DNA of 64,000 nt from an uncultured virus (IMG/VR IMGVR_UViG_3300008111_000017) (IMGVR_UViG_3300008111_000017), one strand, 5' to 3'. Positions 19,322-28,331 are shown, counted from the stretch's first letter. The notes: generated from the letters alone by a model not told the origin. Translations and numbers: made by a program.

Positions 19322-19857
19322 TAGTCTTCTCGCTTTACTAGCTTCTTGATACGGTCAAGCACATCACTTGCTGTCTTTGGTGCGTCTTCTTCCGTGCGTG
19401 CTGCCGGTGGATCGAACGCACGGATATGGGTCAGCTTACCTAGACGATCCATCGCAGCCAGTTTTGTCTTAGGCTCTAGCAGTTCATCATCTAGCATCGT
19501 CTCAAGTTCAACCTGCATACGATGACGGATAAGGGCTGCGTCTTGAGCTTTGTTACGCATAGCTTCTCGCAGTCTGCGCTGAAGCAAGACTTTCACTTCA
19601 GGCTTATTGCGAAGCTCTTGTGCTGCACCTGACCACTTACGCTGTTCAGAAGTATCAAGCCCGACACCTTTCCCCGTTGCTTCTAGGAAAGCACGAGTAA
19701 TGCTCCAGCCATTGATAATCATTTCGACAAACGCGATTTCTTCTGGATCGTCTGTCTCTTGAATACCTTGGCGGATCGGTTCTGCCGCAACAGCTTCAAG
19801 CGTTCTAGCTGTGTGATGATGGTGGACGAGCTTAACTTCGTTCATTACGATCCCCAT
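19321..19857 (-). CDS. Probable terminase small subunit
   Basis: HTH-like FVEMIINGWSITRAF...AAQELRNKPEV and C-terminal KLAAMDRLGK, a pattern typical of TerS. Confidence 0.6.
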   Translation of the reverse strand: MGIVMNEVKLVHHHHTARTLEAVAAEPIRQGIQETDDPEEIAFVEMIINGWSITRAFLEATGKGVGLDTSEQRKWSGAAQELRNKPEVKVLLQRRLREAMRNKAQDAALIRHRMQVELETMLDDELLEPKTKLAAMDRLGKLTHIRAFDPPAARTEEDAPKTASDVLDRIKKLVKRED

Positions 19858-20010
19858 TTACTGTCTAACCACGAGCGATCAGAAGCCTCCTGTCTAAGGC
19901 GAGATACTTCCGCACGGAGATCGACGATCTGTTGTCGCAAGAATACGACCTCCCATTCCTGTTCCGTTAAGACAGGAGTCAGGGTGGAGGTGTCTTCACC
20001 GTCTAAATCG

Positions 20011-20673
20011 TCAGTCATCACGACCCCACATTAAAGCGTCAACACTGACAGGGTAAAGCTGTTTGATAATCGCATAGATCAGTTCAGCAACATCCCGAGT
20101 TTCTTTCTGTGTATGCTTATCTAACCGCAGCTTACACACCCGAACAAAAGCCAACAAGCTACCTGTCCAAACCCATTCTGTCATCATCGACTGCGGTAAA
20201 ACCATACGAGCTTGTTCTGGCGATACGCCAACGGCGATCATTTCTTCATAAAGATTAAGCGCACCCGCGATAACTTCTTCAAGGCGGTCGTCTAGCGAAT
20301 ACCCTTCGCTGTCGTGCGTGATAACCTCTGTCTCGCTCGAACCTTGCTTGACGTTTTCTGCCGCGGCACGCCATGTTTCAGGTTCATAAAACTCTGGCGT
20401 GTCTTTGACATAGCGCCGGCTGGTTTCGTTCATGACCAAACCAACCTGGTGCTTACCTAATTGGCGAGCAACAAAGATTGGTGCCTTGATACGCAGGCTA
20501 ATCGACGTATGGGCGAACGGTGTCCAGTGATCGTGCTTCGCCAGATACTTGATCAGTTTCTTGTCGGCTTCAGTCATCTCTAAAGAGACTTTACTGAACG
20601 ACACACGCGCTGCGTTCACAACTGATAAGTCTGAACCCATGTGATCTAATAAGGCTACTGTTTGTTTTGTCAT
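20011..20673 (-). CDS. thyX: FAD-dependent thymidylate synthase
   Basis: VNAARVSF, HWTPF, RQLGKHQ...NETSRRY, ARMVLP, LRLDKHTQKE. Confidence 0.95.
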   Translation of the reverse strand: MTKQTVALLDHMGSDLSVVNAARVSFSKVSLEMTEADKKLIKYLAKHDHWTPFAHTSISLRIKAPIFVARQLGKHQVGLVMNETSRRYVKDTPEFYEPETWRAAAENVKQGSSETEVITHDSEGYSLDDRLEEVIAGALNLYEEMIAVGVSPEQARMVLPQSMMTEWVWTGSLLAFVRVCKLRLDKHTQKETRDVAELIYAIIKQLYPVSVDALMWGRDD

Positions 20674-21009
20674 AACTGCCCCAACATCTGATACAACTGC
20701 CCTAGCTTCGTGCTGACCTCCTCGGCCAAGTCTTTGGCGTCACCTTCAAGGGCGGGGTGTTCATAAACGAACGTGTCGAACATACTGTCAATCATGAAGG
20801 TGCGATCAAGTAATTCGTGTTGAAGTTTGTTTGTCATCACCGCTCCTCCTTCAAATTAGCATAAGCCAGCAATGCCTCAGCAAAAACACGAGCGCTTTTC
20901 TTGTCGATTTTGACAGAAGCATAGCCTTCCATGTCGCCTTCATCTGACATGGTTATGTGGCCATATTCTTGGTCGAAAAGAAGCGCTCCATATGCAACGT
21001 CAATGTGCA

Positions 21010-21549
21010 TCACCGCCCCTCCTTAATCTTTTCCAACGCCTGCCCAAGCTGCGTGAATACCGCCGGCAATGGCGGGTTAGTGGGTGGGGGTGGTAGGGGT
21101 GCCCAATGCGTAAACCGCTCTGGGTGGTAAAAACCCTCATTCCCTGCGGCCAGAATTTCCCATTCACCACCAAAATTGTCCCACGCCAAGAACACCCCTT
21201 CTTTCGGAGCCGTCGCAATCGGAAACGCGCGGCAATGCTGGTCCGCATAATCGCAGGCGGCGTCTGCTAGTTTGACTAGGTTCTCAATCGCCTTAACCGC
21301 ACCGTCCATGTCTGGATGGATAGCCAACGCCATAGCTTCAGGCGAGATTGTGGCGATGATGTCGTATTGCGGATCGTCCCAGCTTGACACGCCTTTAGCC
21401 GTCCAATTCATGTGGGGAAGGTGAGCGGTGAAACTGTAAGGGTGGTATCTGGATTGGTCGTATAGCTTTATCGGTCCCACCACCTCGCCATTCCGCAACA
21501 TGGCATAATGCCCTTCAACGGGCGCGACAGGGGGCTTGTCATTGGTCAT
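21010..21549 (-). CDS. Hypothetical early protein (C-terminal PIATAP...THWAPLP domain)
   Basis: Coupled ORF; DUF551-like C-terminal motif. Confidence 0.65.
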   Translation of the reverse strand: MTNDKPPVAPVEGHYAMLRNGEVVGPIKLYDQSRYHPYSFTAHLPHMNWTAKGVSSWDDPQYDIIATISPEAMALAIHPDMDGAVKAIENLVKLADAACDYADQHCRAFPIATAPKEGVFLAWDNFGGEWEILAAGNEGFYHPERFTHWAPLPPPPTNPPLPAVFTQLGQALEKIKEGR

Positions 21550-21764
21550 GGTGTTGGTTCCTCTACGCAGCTAATCACAAAGTTTTGATCGCCAATGTGA
21601 ATGACCTGTTGAACGTCACCGCGCTCCAACCATTCGACAACGGCTTGCAAGAAGTCGCCATGAATGTCTTGGACCTTGCCAATAGCTAAGCGCGGATCAG
21701 TTTTAGATCGCTTGCTGATGGTGGCTTTGCGGGTGAGTGGTGTAATACCTAGTCTGTAGGTCAC
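21546..21764 (-). CDS. Hypothetical early protein
   Basis: Start/stop overlaps on both sides. Confidence 0.6.
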   Translation of the reverse strand: MTYRLGITPLTRKATISKRSKTDPRLAIGKVQDIHGDFLQAVVEWLERGDVQQVIHIGDQNFVISCVEEPTP

Positions 21765-22324
21765 GGCGTTGGTTCCTTCATAGCATCGGCAATCGCGTCA
21801 CCGACAACGCTTGAACATCGGTCATAGCGGTCTTCGTCCCACCAATCCCAATTTTGCTTGATGTCGAGGATTGCAGCACGCAACCGCGCATTTTCCTCCA
21901 AGATACCACTAGCCTCAAAGGCTGCGCTGATGGCGGCGCGCATGGCGTCGTTCATGGTTTTATTTCCAGTGAAATACAGCTTGACGAAAACATCATTAGC
22001 AGCGTCCACCATCGCATCGGTCACTTCAAACTTGCTCATATCTCCCCCCCCTTTGAAAGCTTTTTCGGCTATATCTTGCAGGCGTTCGGCAAACTCATGC
22101 GAGCTTTCAAACACAACGACGCCATCAAGCGAAACTCTTTTAGCGCAGGCAATTTGATCCAACCACTCCCGCAGCCTCTTATTCTCGGCCTCAAGTTCAA
22201 GGACACGGGCGGCCAACTCAGGCGCAGCATGTTCAAGAGCCTGCTCTGCCAAGCCAATTTGCCACACGTCACGCGATTGCTTGGCTTGCTCTAGGCGGGT
22301 GAGTAAAGCTGCGGGGTCGGTCAT
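21761..22324 (-). CDS. Hypothetical early protein (possibly two genes joined at a G8 tract)
   Basis: Coiled-coil motifs; internal RBS plus ATG at 22039. Confidence 0.6.
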   Translation of the reverse strand: MTDPAALLTRLEQAKQSRDVWQIGLAEQALEHAAPELAARVLELEAENKRLREWLDQIACAKRVSLDGVVVFESSHEFAERLQDIAEKAFKGGGDMSKFEVTDAMVDAANDVFVKLYFTGNKTMNDAMRAAISAAFEASGILEENARLRAAILDIKQNWDWWDEDRYDRCSSVVGDAIADAMKEPTP

Positions 22325-22764
22325 GGCGTTTCTTTCTTGTTGAGCAGCAAATCAAACGTGGTTTGAATTGCGTGCAGGATTTTGAAATAGTGATCCACAA
22401 GCGGGCCTTCGTAAGCGACACCATCAAGCCAGACGCGATCTGGTCCATCGCTTTCCTTGATACTGTCGCGGATGATATTGGCTAAGCCTTCAATGCCATT
22501 TCGAAGCCGCGCGTTCTGGTCCTCAAGTTCAAGGACACGGGCGGCTAGGGTGGGCGCGGCATTTTCGCGGCGCTTAAGTATGGCGCTGCATTTCTTTTCC
22601 CAAGCAGAAACGACGTAATGGTCCAAATAAGAATCTTTATGGCTTACGTTAGACCCGCCCATTGTAGGTGGTCTGGCGGGATACTGCTCAAGCAAAGCTC
22701 TTAATTCTCCGTCGGTGAATGGCTTTGTAGGTCGGTGGTGGGGGTCATTTGTCGTAGTGGTCAT
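22321..22764 (-). CDS. Hypothetical early protein
   Basis: AAGGG RBS; shares LAARVLELE with the next gene. Confidence 0.65.
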   Translation of the reverse strand: MTTTTNDPHHRPTKPFTDGELRALLEQYPARPPTMGGSNVSHKDSYLDHYVVSAWEKKCSAILKRRENAAPTLAARVLELEDQNARLRNGIEGLANIIRDSIKESDGPDRVWLDGVAYEGPLVDHYFKILHAIQTTFDLLLNKKETP

Positions 22765-22869
22765 AAATTATTTCCCTTAGTAAAATGGCCACGAGAAAGA
22801 AAAGCGGAAACACAAGTGCGAAGTTGAAGGCGTCATAGACCGCATAAAACGGGGCAAGATCGGCGCCGC

Positions 22870-23286
22870 TCACGACTCCCCTCCTTCTATGCCAGCCCTG
22901 CGCCGTATTTCGGTGAGGGCGTCTTGATACCCTTTCGCCCAATCGTCATACATTGCGGTGTCGGTTAGCTCTGCTCCCTCAAGCAGCTTGGCAATCCCAG
23001 CGCGAAAGTAAGTGCGGCGCTGCTCGTCATTTGTCGGGTGGCCACCCACTGCCATCATCCCACTCAAAATAGCCGCGTCTAGGGTGGCTAAGCCGTCGCC
23101 ATCAAGATCGTCGTCAGCCTCCACCTTCTCAGGTGCCATGCGTTTGCGGCGTTCGAGGATCATCAGGTCAGCTTGTCCGGCGCTCATTTGTATCCAGTCC
23201 CCCGCATTACAAACCGCACCGAACGCAGACACATACATATCCCACGCTGCGGTTTCTGCGGGGTCATTAAAAATTAGGTTAGTCAT
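22870..23286 (-). CDS. Hypothetical early protein
   Basis: GAGG RBS, 138 aa. Confidence 0.65.
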   Translation of the reverse strand: MTNLIFNDPAETAAWDMYVSAFGAVCNAGDWIQMSAGQADLMILERRKRMAPEKVEADDDLDGDGLATLDAAILSGMMAVGGHPTNDEQRRTYFRAGIAKLLEGAELTDTAMYDDWAKGYQDALTEIRRRAGIEGGES

Positions 23287-23752
23287 ATCGTTTGTCCTCA
23301 GAGTTTAGTGCTTCAACCCGAATACCAGGGAGTGGTCCCGCAGATTCCACGTTAGAAGTAAGGCCAGCTATGTTAGTGGCGCAGTTAGAAGCAAAAGCTC
23401 TCGCCTCTGTTTCTGTCTTAAAGATGAACCTGCTGCCATCTTGAGTGTCATCCCAAGTAACGGCAGAACCTTCTACCGTGCCAAGGCGAAAACCTACATC
23501 GTTCCCGAACGTGACAGGAACAATTACCGGCTCACTTACTGTAGCCATAGGAATATACGGATCGGCTGGTGGCGTGACAGGAACAATTACCGGCTCACCT
23601 GATGTGACCAAGGGTCGGTAGTACACAACGTGATAGTTTTCTTTCGGCACAAAGTCGAAAGGGTTACGGTCTTCAGGAACGTCCATGACAACCCACTCGC
23701 CGTCAGCGTTTGGTCTATCGTTCGGAACGATCTTCAATTCAAGTAAAGGCAT
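23279..23752 (-). CDS. Hypothetical early protein with duplicated EPVIVPVT
   Basis: AAGGA RBS before ATG 23752. Confidence 0.6.
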   Translation of the reverse strand: MPLLELKIVPNDRPNADGEWVVMDVPEDRNPFDFVPKENYHVVYYRPLVTSGEPVIVPVTPPADPYIPMATVSEPVIVPVTFGNDVGFRLGTVEGSAVTWDDTQDGSRFIFKTETEARAFASNCATNIAGLTSNVESAGPLPGIRVEALNSEDKRYD

Positions 23753-23769
23753 TTCAGTTTCCTTTCTGT

Positions 23770-24123
23770 TCAAAACGGTATGTCATCTTCAACGTCTTCG
23801 CTTCGGGCATCGGAATAATCCTGCTCCCACAAACGATAGACATCTTCGAAGATCGGTAAAACATATCCTGGAGTTCGGATTTCTTCCCGGACACGGATAC
23901 ATTCTGCATTGTAGTCGCCATAACGCTGCTCGCCTGCATAGGTGATAGCTTGACCGTCAATTTGTGCTTTGGTTTCATCTACCGTCACCACGCCATCTTC
24001 AAAATACCCCGTCCAGAGGCCATTGATAACCCAAAATTTAATGCGACGGCCTTGTATGTCTTCAACATCAGCTATGATAGAAACCCGTTCCCTCTCCGTC
24101 CCAATTGCAATCATCGCCATCAC
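23770..24123 (-). CDS. Hypothetical early protein ending in DDIPF (SSB C-terminal-like tail)
   Basis: 117 aa; the acidic DDIPF terminus matches the bacterial SSB tail motif. Confidence 0.65.
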   Translation of the reverse strand: MMAMIAIGTERERVSIIADVEDIQGRRIKFWVINGLWTGYFEDGVVTVDETKAQIDGQAITYAGEQRYGDYNAECIRVREEIRTPGYVLPIFEDVYRLWEQDYSDARSEDVEDDIPF

Positions 24124-24323
24124 ACAATCTCCCTGACCACACAGTTTGGAATTACATCGAGGGCAAACGGTCCATCATAGACAGCGTTCAACGCCTTAAC
24201 GATTAGCTCTGCGTCATCACGTTGGTCGCACTGCGCGATCTGGGTTTGAAAGCCCCGCTTCGCATCAAAGATGTCGAACCAATGGCTTGTCTGGTCTTCA
24301 ACATAGGTATAATGATACCGCAT
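24120..24323 (-). CDS. Hypothetical early protein
   Basis: AGGA RBS; lies downstream of the GTTAGG array. Confidence 0.6.
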   Translation of the reverse strand: MRYHYTYVEDQTSHWFDIFDAKRGFQTQIAQCDQRDDAELIVKALNAVYDGPFALDVIPNCVVREIV

Positions 24324-24328
24324 ATTTT

Positions 24329-24388
24329 CCTAACTCCCTAACGTCCTAACACATCCTAACGTTCTAACAACCTAACGCGAGACGTCAA
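24329..24388 (-). promoter_or_regulatory. Promoter region (-35 TTGACG) followed by six GTTAG(G) direct repeats
   Basis: CCTAAC/TCTAAC at 24329, 24337, 24345, 24355, 24363, 24371; CGTCAA at 24383-24388. Confidence 0.65.
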
Positions 24389-24402
24389 GTGTGATAGATA
24401 TG

Positions 24403-25092
24403 TCACGCATCGTTGCATAAATACCACACTTTGCGCCACGAGTTGTCTGTCTTTTCTGCCGCAGATCGAACAAACCCTTGGCGCTCCTGCTCTTGTAGCC
24501 ACCTGCGAACCGCAATCTCTTTAGAGGTCTGTGCCGCATCCCATTTAACCGTCAATTCTTTGACGATATTAGGCACACTCATCGGTCCGCCTCTTTCGAG
24601 AATCGCCAGCACCTCTTTCCCAGTCTTAGCGATCTTCGTCGCAGGGTTCCTACGCACGTCTGGCTCATAGCTACCTAGCGCGATACCTTTCCTTGCGTTT
24701 TCTCTAGCAAGGTCCAGGTTTTGTATCGCATACCCCGTGCCATACCAGCTTGAAATGGTTGCGCCATACTGTGTGATCTTATTGCGTATCTTAAGTATCG
24801 CAACCCGCACAGAGTTTTCAGGTCTGATAGCATCCGTCTCCCTATCCTTGAGTGCAATGCGCGTAAGGAAAGAGGTCGTCGCGTGTCCATGTTTACTAAG
24901 CGCTGCCAAGACACGAGCCTGTTGTTGCGTCAGACCAAACAAGGTTCTGTCTTCAAGATCAGGAATGACACTGACAGAAAACTCATGGTCATACGTCTCT
25001 TTCAACTCGTCATAGGCTTGGCTCAACTTCGTGATTATCTCGTGGCACCGCGCAACAGAATACGGGTACTCGACCACTGGCTTCTTTATCAT
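24403..25092 (-). CDS. Transcription regulator with an OmpR/CtrA-like winged-helix domain plus a second wHTH; no receiver domain
   Basis: LTQQQARVLAAL...VRVAILKIRNKI...ISSWYGTGYAI matches the Trans_reg_C pattern. Confidence 0.75.
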   Translation of the reverse strand: MIKKPVVEYPYSVARCHEIITKLSQAYDELKETYDHEFSVSVIPDLEDRTLFGLTQQQARVLAALSKHGHATTSFLTRIALKDRETDAIRPENSVRVAILKIRNKITQYGATISSWYGTGYAIQNLDLARENARKGIALGSYEPDVRRNPATKIAKTGKEVLAILERGGPMSVPNIVKELTVKWDAAQTSKEIAVRRWLQEQERQGFVRSAAEKTDNSWRKVWYLCNDA

Positions 25093-25203
25093 TTCGTAAT
25101 TCCTCTCTGTCGCAGTTCTTCGTGAACCTGATCAGCTAGTTTACTGGCACGCGCTGCCTTAAACCTGACGTTACCTGGTTCTTTCAACAGTTTCAGCAGT
25201 TCT

Positions 25204-25605
25204 TCAGAAGCTGAGAGGGCGTGGGTTCTTTTCTCTGGCTGCATCATTATGGTCCTCACAATAAACTGTCCCTGCTACACGCGTAGCGCCGCAACACATC
25301 ATCTCTGCACCACATGCAGGTCCGACAGGCCAAGGGCATTGACTTGGTTTACGGTCCATAAACAGAACCGCCGTGTCCGTGTGCTTGTAGGGCCAAGTGT
25401 GATCAATTTCTTCCAGCTTTGCCGGCGACGCATGACCTTTAGCTTGTCCACGTATCAGCCCTAGCCTACTACACTTCGCACCAATCGCTGTTGTCGAGAT
25501 AGGCCCGTGCAGTGCAGTCATCGTCAACGCAATCTGCATGTGAGTTCTACCTTGTGAGTAGAGATTGCGCAGTGCAGCTTCAGTTTCTTCTGTCCAGTAT
25601 GACAT
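25204..25605 (-). CDS. gcrA: GcrA-like cell-cycle regulator
   Basis: WTEE...LYSQG...QIA...AIGAKCSRLGL and CPWPVG...CCG...YCEDH; GGAGG RBS. Confidence 0.88.
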   Translation of the reverse strand: MSYWTEETEAALRNLYSQGRTHMQIALTMTALHGPISTTAIGAKCSRLGLIRGQAKGHASPAKLEEIDHTWPYKHTDTAVLFMDRKPSQCPWPVGPACGAEMMCCGATRVAGTVYCEDHNDAAREKNPRPLSF

Positions 25606-25609
25606 TAGA

Positions 25610-25888
25610 TCAGTCCTCCAATTCAATTAACAAATTCTGTAAGCGTATAACTTCAGCGTTATAAGCCTCTGCTGATGCTTTCCAGAAAGAAACTTCACTC
25701 TCTAAGCGCTCTTTAGTTTCTTCTGGCGTTTCGATACGTGAGATGATTTCTTCAACCATGTCAGGCTCAAACCAAGTTCGTTCATCGTACGTATATCCGT
25801 CGGTAACGTAAAAATCCCCGTCGGTGTCAACGCAACTTACGGTCATAGGCTTCAACCGAATTACGTCACCTTTTCTGACTTCCATCAC
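25610..25888 (-). CDS. Hypothetical early protein
   Basis: GGAGG RBS; coupled ORF. Confidence 0.6.
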   Translation of the reverse strand: MMEVRKGDVIRLKPMTVSCVDTDGDFYVTDGYTYDERTWFEPDMVEEIISRIETPEETKERLESEVSFWKASAEAYNAEVIRLQNLLIELED

Positions 25889-26130
25889 TGCCTCCCATTC
25901 AATAACATCAGAGCACTACGTGTCTGTGTCTGGATTACCCGAACAACTTGTTCTGGACGTTGGCCTTTAACAAGCTGCATCTCTCGCATATTAGCTAAAG
26001 CCTGTGCTTCAGCCGCTAATGTTTCAAGACTAGCTTTAAGTGATTCGACGCGCGCTTCAAAGGTATCAAGCGCACGATCTAAGTGCGACACAAAAGGTTG
26101 TGCCGGCTTCTCATGTACTGTCAGTTTCAT
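25885..26130 (-). CDS. Hypothetical early protein
   Basis: AAGG RBS before ATG 26130. Confidence 0.55.
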   Translation of the reverse strand: MKLTVHEKPAQPFVSHLDRALDTFEARVESLKASLETLAAEAQALANMREMQLVKGQRPEQVVRVIQTQTRSALMLLNGRQ

Positions 26131-26134
26131 TTCA

Positions 26135-26524
26135 TTAACCTTTCTTATAGTAAAGGGTCGGTTGTTCGTCTTCTTCGTAGAGTGAATAGCCCAAGAACGT
26201 TCCCGCAGGTTCGTCAACCATCGGATCAATCCAGTCTAAGAACAGGGCGATCTCATTGTCATAATTCTTGAATGACGAATGGCAGAAAAAAGTGTGCTGA
26301 GAACGGTAAGGATCATATCGCAAGTCAAAGCCTCGCGTTTCGTGATAAGCCGATCCGCCGCAGAATAGATTGTGCCAGCGTTCGCACTGGAAGAACGGAT
26401 GCTCAGGCAAACCGTGAACCGGAGTAAAGCTGTCCGGTGTCTCGTTAAGGCGCACGAAAAACTGCCGATCTACATCGCCGCGCAAAGGCGCACGAAAGAA
26501 AAATTCAGTGTACATTCCCACCAT
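26135..26524 (-). CDS. Conserved phage hypothetical protein
   Basis: GMYTE...KNYDNEI..FLDWI...FLGYSLYEE; AGGAG RBS. Confidence 0.7.
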   Translation of the reverse strand: MVGMYTEFFFRAPLRGDVDRQFFVRLNETPDSFTPVHGLPEHPFFQCERWHNLFCGGSAYHETRGFDLRYDPYRSQHTFFCHSSFKNYDNEIALFLDWIDPMVDEPAGTFLGYSLYEEDEQPTLYYKKG

Positions 26525-26662
26525 AAGTCTCCTACAGTAGTTGATTAAGAACCTGGCAACAGACTGCTAGCCAGATTAAAGTTTGTAGTTCTTCTGGTGC
26601 TGCTTTGATCGTCAAGAGTATCGCCACCAGAAACGTTACTCCAATCCATATCCATGAGACCT

Positions 26663-26914
26663 TCATTCATCAAAGACCTGAACGATCGCATCATCGGGAA
26701 ATGTGATCTCCCCGAATTGAAACAATACGCTACAGCACTCGAATCCTTTGTCAACTTTATAGACTTCGGCAAACTCATGCTCTAGCCTGTCGAGTACGTC
26801 TGGCGTACACGTCTCGGCATTGCGTTTGTGAGTTGTCATCGGATGACCGTGTAGATCGACAAGATCACCCTTCATCAAGTTACGCACAAGTTTTGGTTTG
26901 TAGTTTAGGGTCAC
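26663..26914 (-). CDS. Hypothetical early protein
   Basis: Coupled ORF. Confidence 0.55.
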   Translation of the reverse strand: MTLNYKPKLVRNLMKGDLVDLHGHPMTTHKRNAETCTPDVLDRLEHEFAEVYKVDKGFECCSVLFQFGEITFPDDAIVQVFDE

Positions 26915-27234
26915 TTTGCAACCCTCGTGTATTGTACGCAGTCGTCATAGGTTGTCGTGATTGGGTTCATGACCTGGCCGGTCTGCACATAGGTCGTGCT
27001 ACTACGCTTGACCGCTTGCGTACAGTTCCAATCAGCTTTCTGAATTGTAATGCTAGGCTGTTGAGTTTCTACCACGCCAGCCACACCTATAGTTAAAAGA
27101 AAAAGAAACAGAAACGTGACCGCCCACAAGAGCGCCCAAGCGCGTTTACTTATCATCCACCAAATTCCAGCTACCAGTCCGACAAGTATGACCGCCATCA
27201 AGGTATAGAACAGAAAGATTAAAAGGTTTTCCAT
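26911..27234 (-). CDS. Membrane protein
   Basis: Two N-terminal hydrophobic segments and a Cys pair. Confidence 0.65.
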   Translation of the reverse strand: MENLLIFLFYTLMAVILVGLVAGIWWMISKRAWALLWAVTFLFLFLLTIGVAGVVETQQPSITIQKADWNCTQAVKRSSTTYVQTGQVMNPITTTYDDCVQYTRVAK

Positions 27235-27236
27235 AT

Positions 27237-27476
27237 CTAGCTCTCCATATTCAACAGCGCACGCAGGCGTGCGGTTTCTCGGTATTCTTCATTGCGTTGC
27301 CTGCGCAACTCCTCGATATTAACTTGAGCTTTAGCTAAAGCGTCCATCGCCCTTTCGTAGTCGGCTTGCAGCGCAGAGTTGCGCCGCCGAAGCGTAAGGA
27401 TTTGAGCGTTTAAAGAGTTACGATCCGCAACATGTCGCAAAGTCATATCGACTTCTTCTTGTGATTCGTTGTGCAT
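27237..27476 (-). CDS. Coiled-coil hypothetical protein
   Basis: GGGAG RBS. Confidence 0.55.
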   Translation of the reverse strand: MHNESQEEVDMTLRHVADRNSLNAQILTLRRRNSALQADYERAMDALAKAQVNIEELRRQRNEEYRETARLRALLNMES

Positions 27477-27486
27477 ATCAGTCTCC

Positions 27487-27756
27487 CTAATTATCAGAAG
27501 GCAAACGTTCGCCTTCATTGACTTCTTGCAGGCGGTAAAGTGTTCTGCCTTGACCTTCAGGCGTAAAACCTGCGCCCGAATGCCTCCATAAATCCACTAC
27601 CGCCACAACCCGATCAGGTGGTGAATCAGTGCTGATGTTGAACACCTTAAACAACTGTTCAAGTGAAGGCTTCTGGCCCCACCACATTTCTAAGTTGTTG
27701 TCTGGTTGATCGTAGTTGTTCCCGATTGAGAACAGGCACCATATAGAGTTTGTCAT
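27487..27756 (-). CDS. Hypothetical early protein
   Basis: AAGGAG upstream; NNYDQPD motif. Confidence 0.6.
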   Translation of the reverse strand: MTNSIWCLFSIGNNYDQPDNNLEMWWGQKPSLEQLFKVFNISTDSPPDRVVAVVDLWRHSGAGFTPEGQGRTLYRLQEVNEGERLPSDN

Positions 27757-27933
27757 CTTCTCATGCTCCTTGTTGTGTTAAAGCTAGTCGCACAAGCGCG
27801 ACGTAAGCGTCTTTACCAATGTTCCAATCATGAAGCATGACGGGATCAGGTTCAGTCAGTTGCCGGCGAAGCGCGCCTGGCGTTGCTAAACAAAGCACGC
27901 TAAGCAGGACGCTAGGGTCTGTGGTGATCGCGG

Positions 27934-28146
27934 TCATTCGCTCCCCGTTTCATATTCGATTGCCTCGACAAACTCGTCACAGGCATCAATCATAAAGTTA
28001 CAACAGCTTGCTATTTTGCCCGATGATTCAAGCACGCAAGCGGCCTCATAAGAATCTCTTATCCACACTTTCCCGTGAGCCCAAAATGGATTGCCCATGT
28101 ATAAGGATAGGAAAGGGACCATTCGCCCTGTCCGTTTCAAGATCAT
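27934..28146 (-). CDS. Hypothetical early protein
   Basis: ATGA-coupled ORF. Confidence 0.5.
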   Translation of the reverse strand: MILKRTGRMVPFLSLYMGNPFWAHGKVWIRDSYEAACVLESSGKIASCCNFMIDACDEFVEAIEYETGSE

Positions 28147-28331
28147 ATCTCTTTCCCTTCTTCCTTAAAATGCGCAGCAATCGCGACACGATGTCTGATC
28201 TGCGCAGCTTCGACTTTCTTCCATGCTATAGCCGCTCTTGGGTCATTCGGTTTGAATGCCATAGCGTTATAGGCTTCCAAGAGGCCAAGCGCCATACGGT
28301 TAGCGGCCTCTAGTTCTTGTTTGGTTGTCAT
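28143..28331 (-). CDS. Hypothetical early protein
   Basis: GAGG RBS, ATGA coupling. Confidence 0.55.
   Translation of the reverse strand: MTTKQELEAANRMALGLLEAYNAMAFKPNDPRAAIAWKKVEAAQIRHRVAIAAHFKEEGKEI

Noticed and set aside
24329..24376. TTAGG telomere-like repeat
   Set aside because: Units are interspersed rather than tandem and lie in a phage promoter; the resemblance is coincidental
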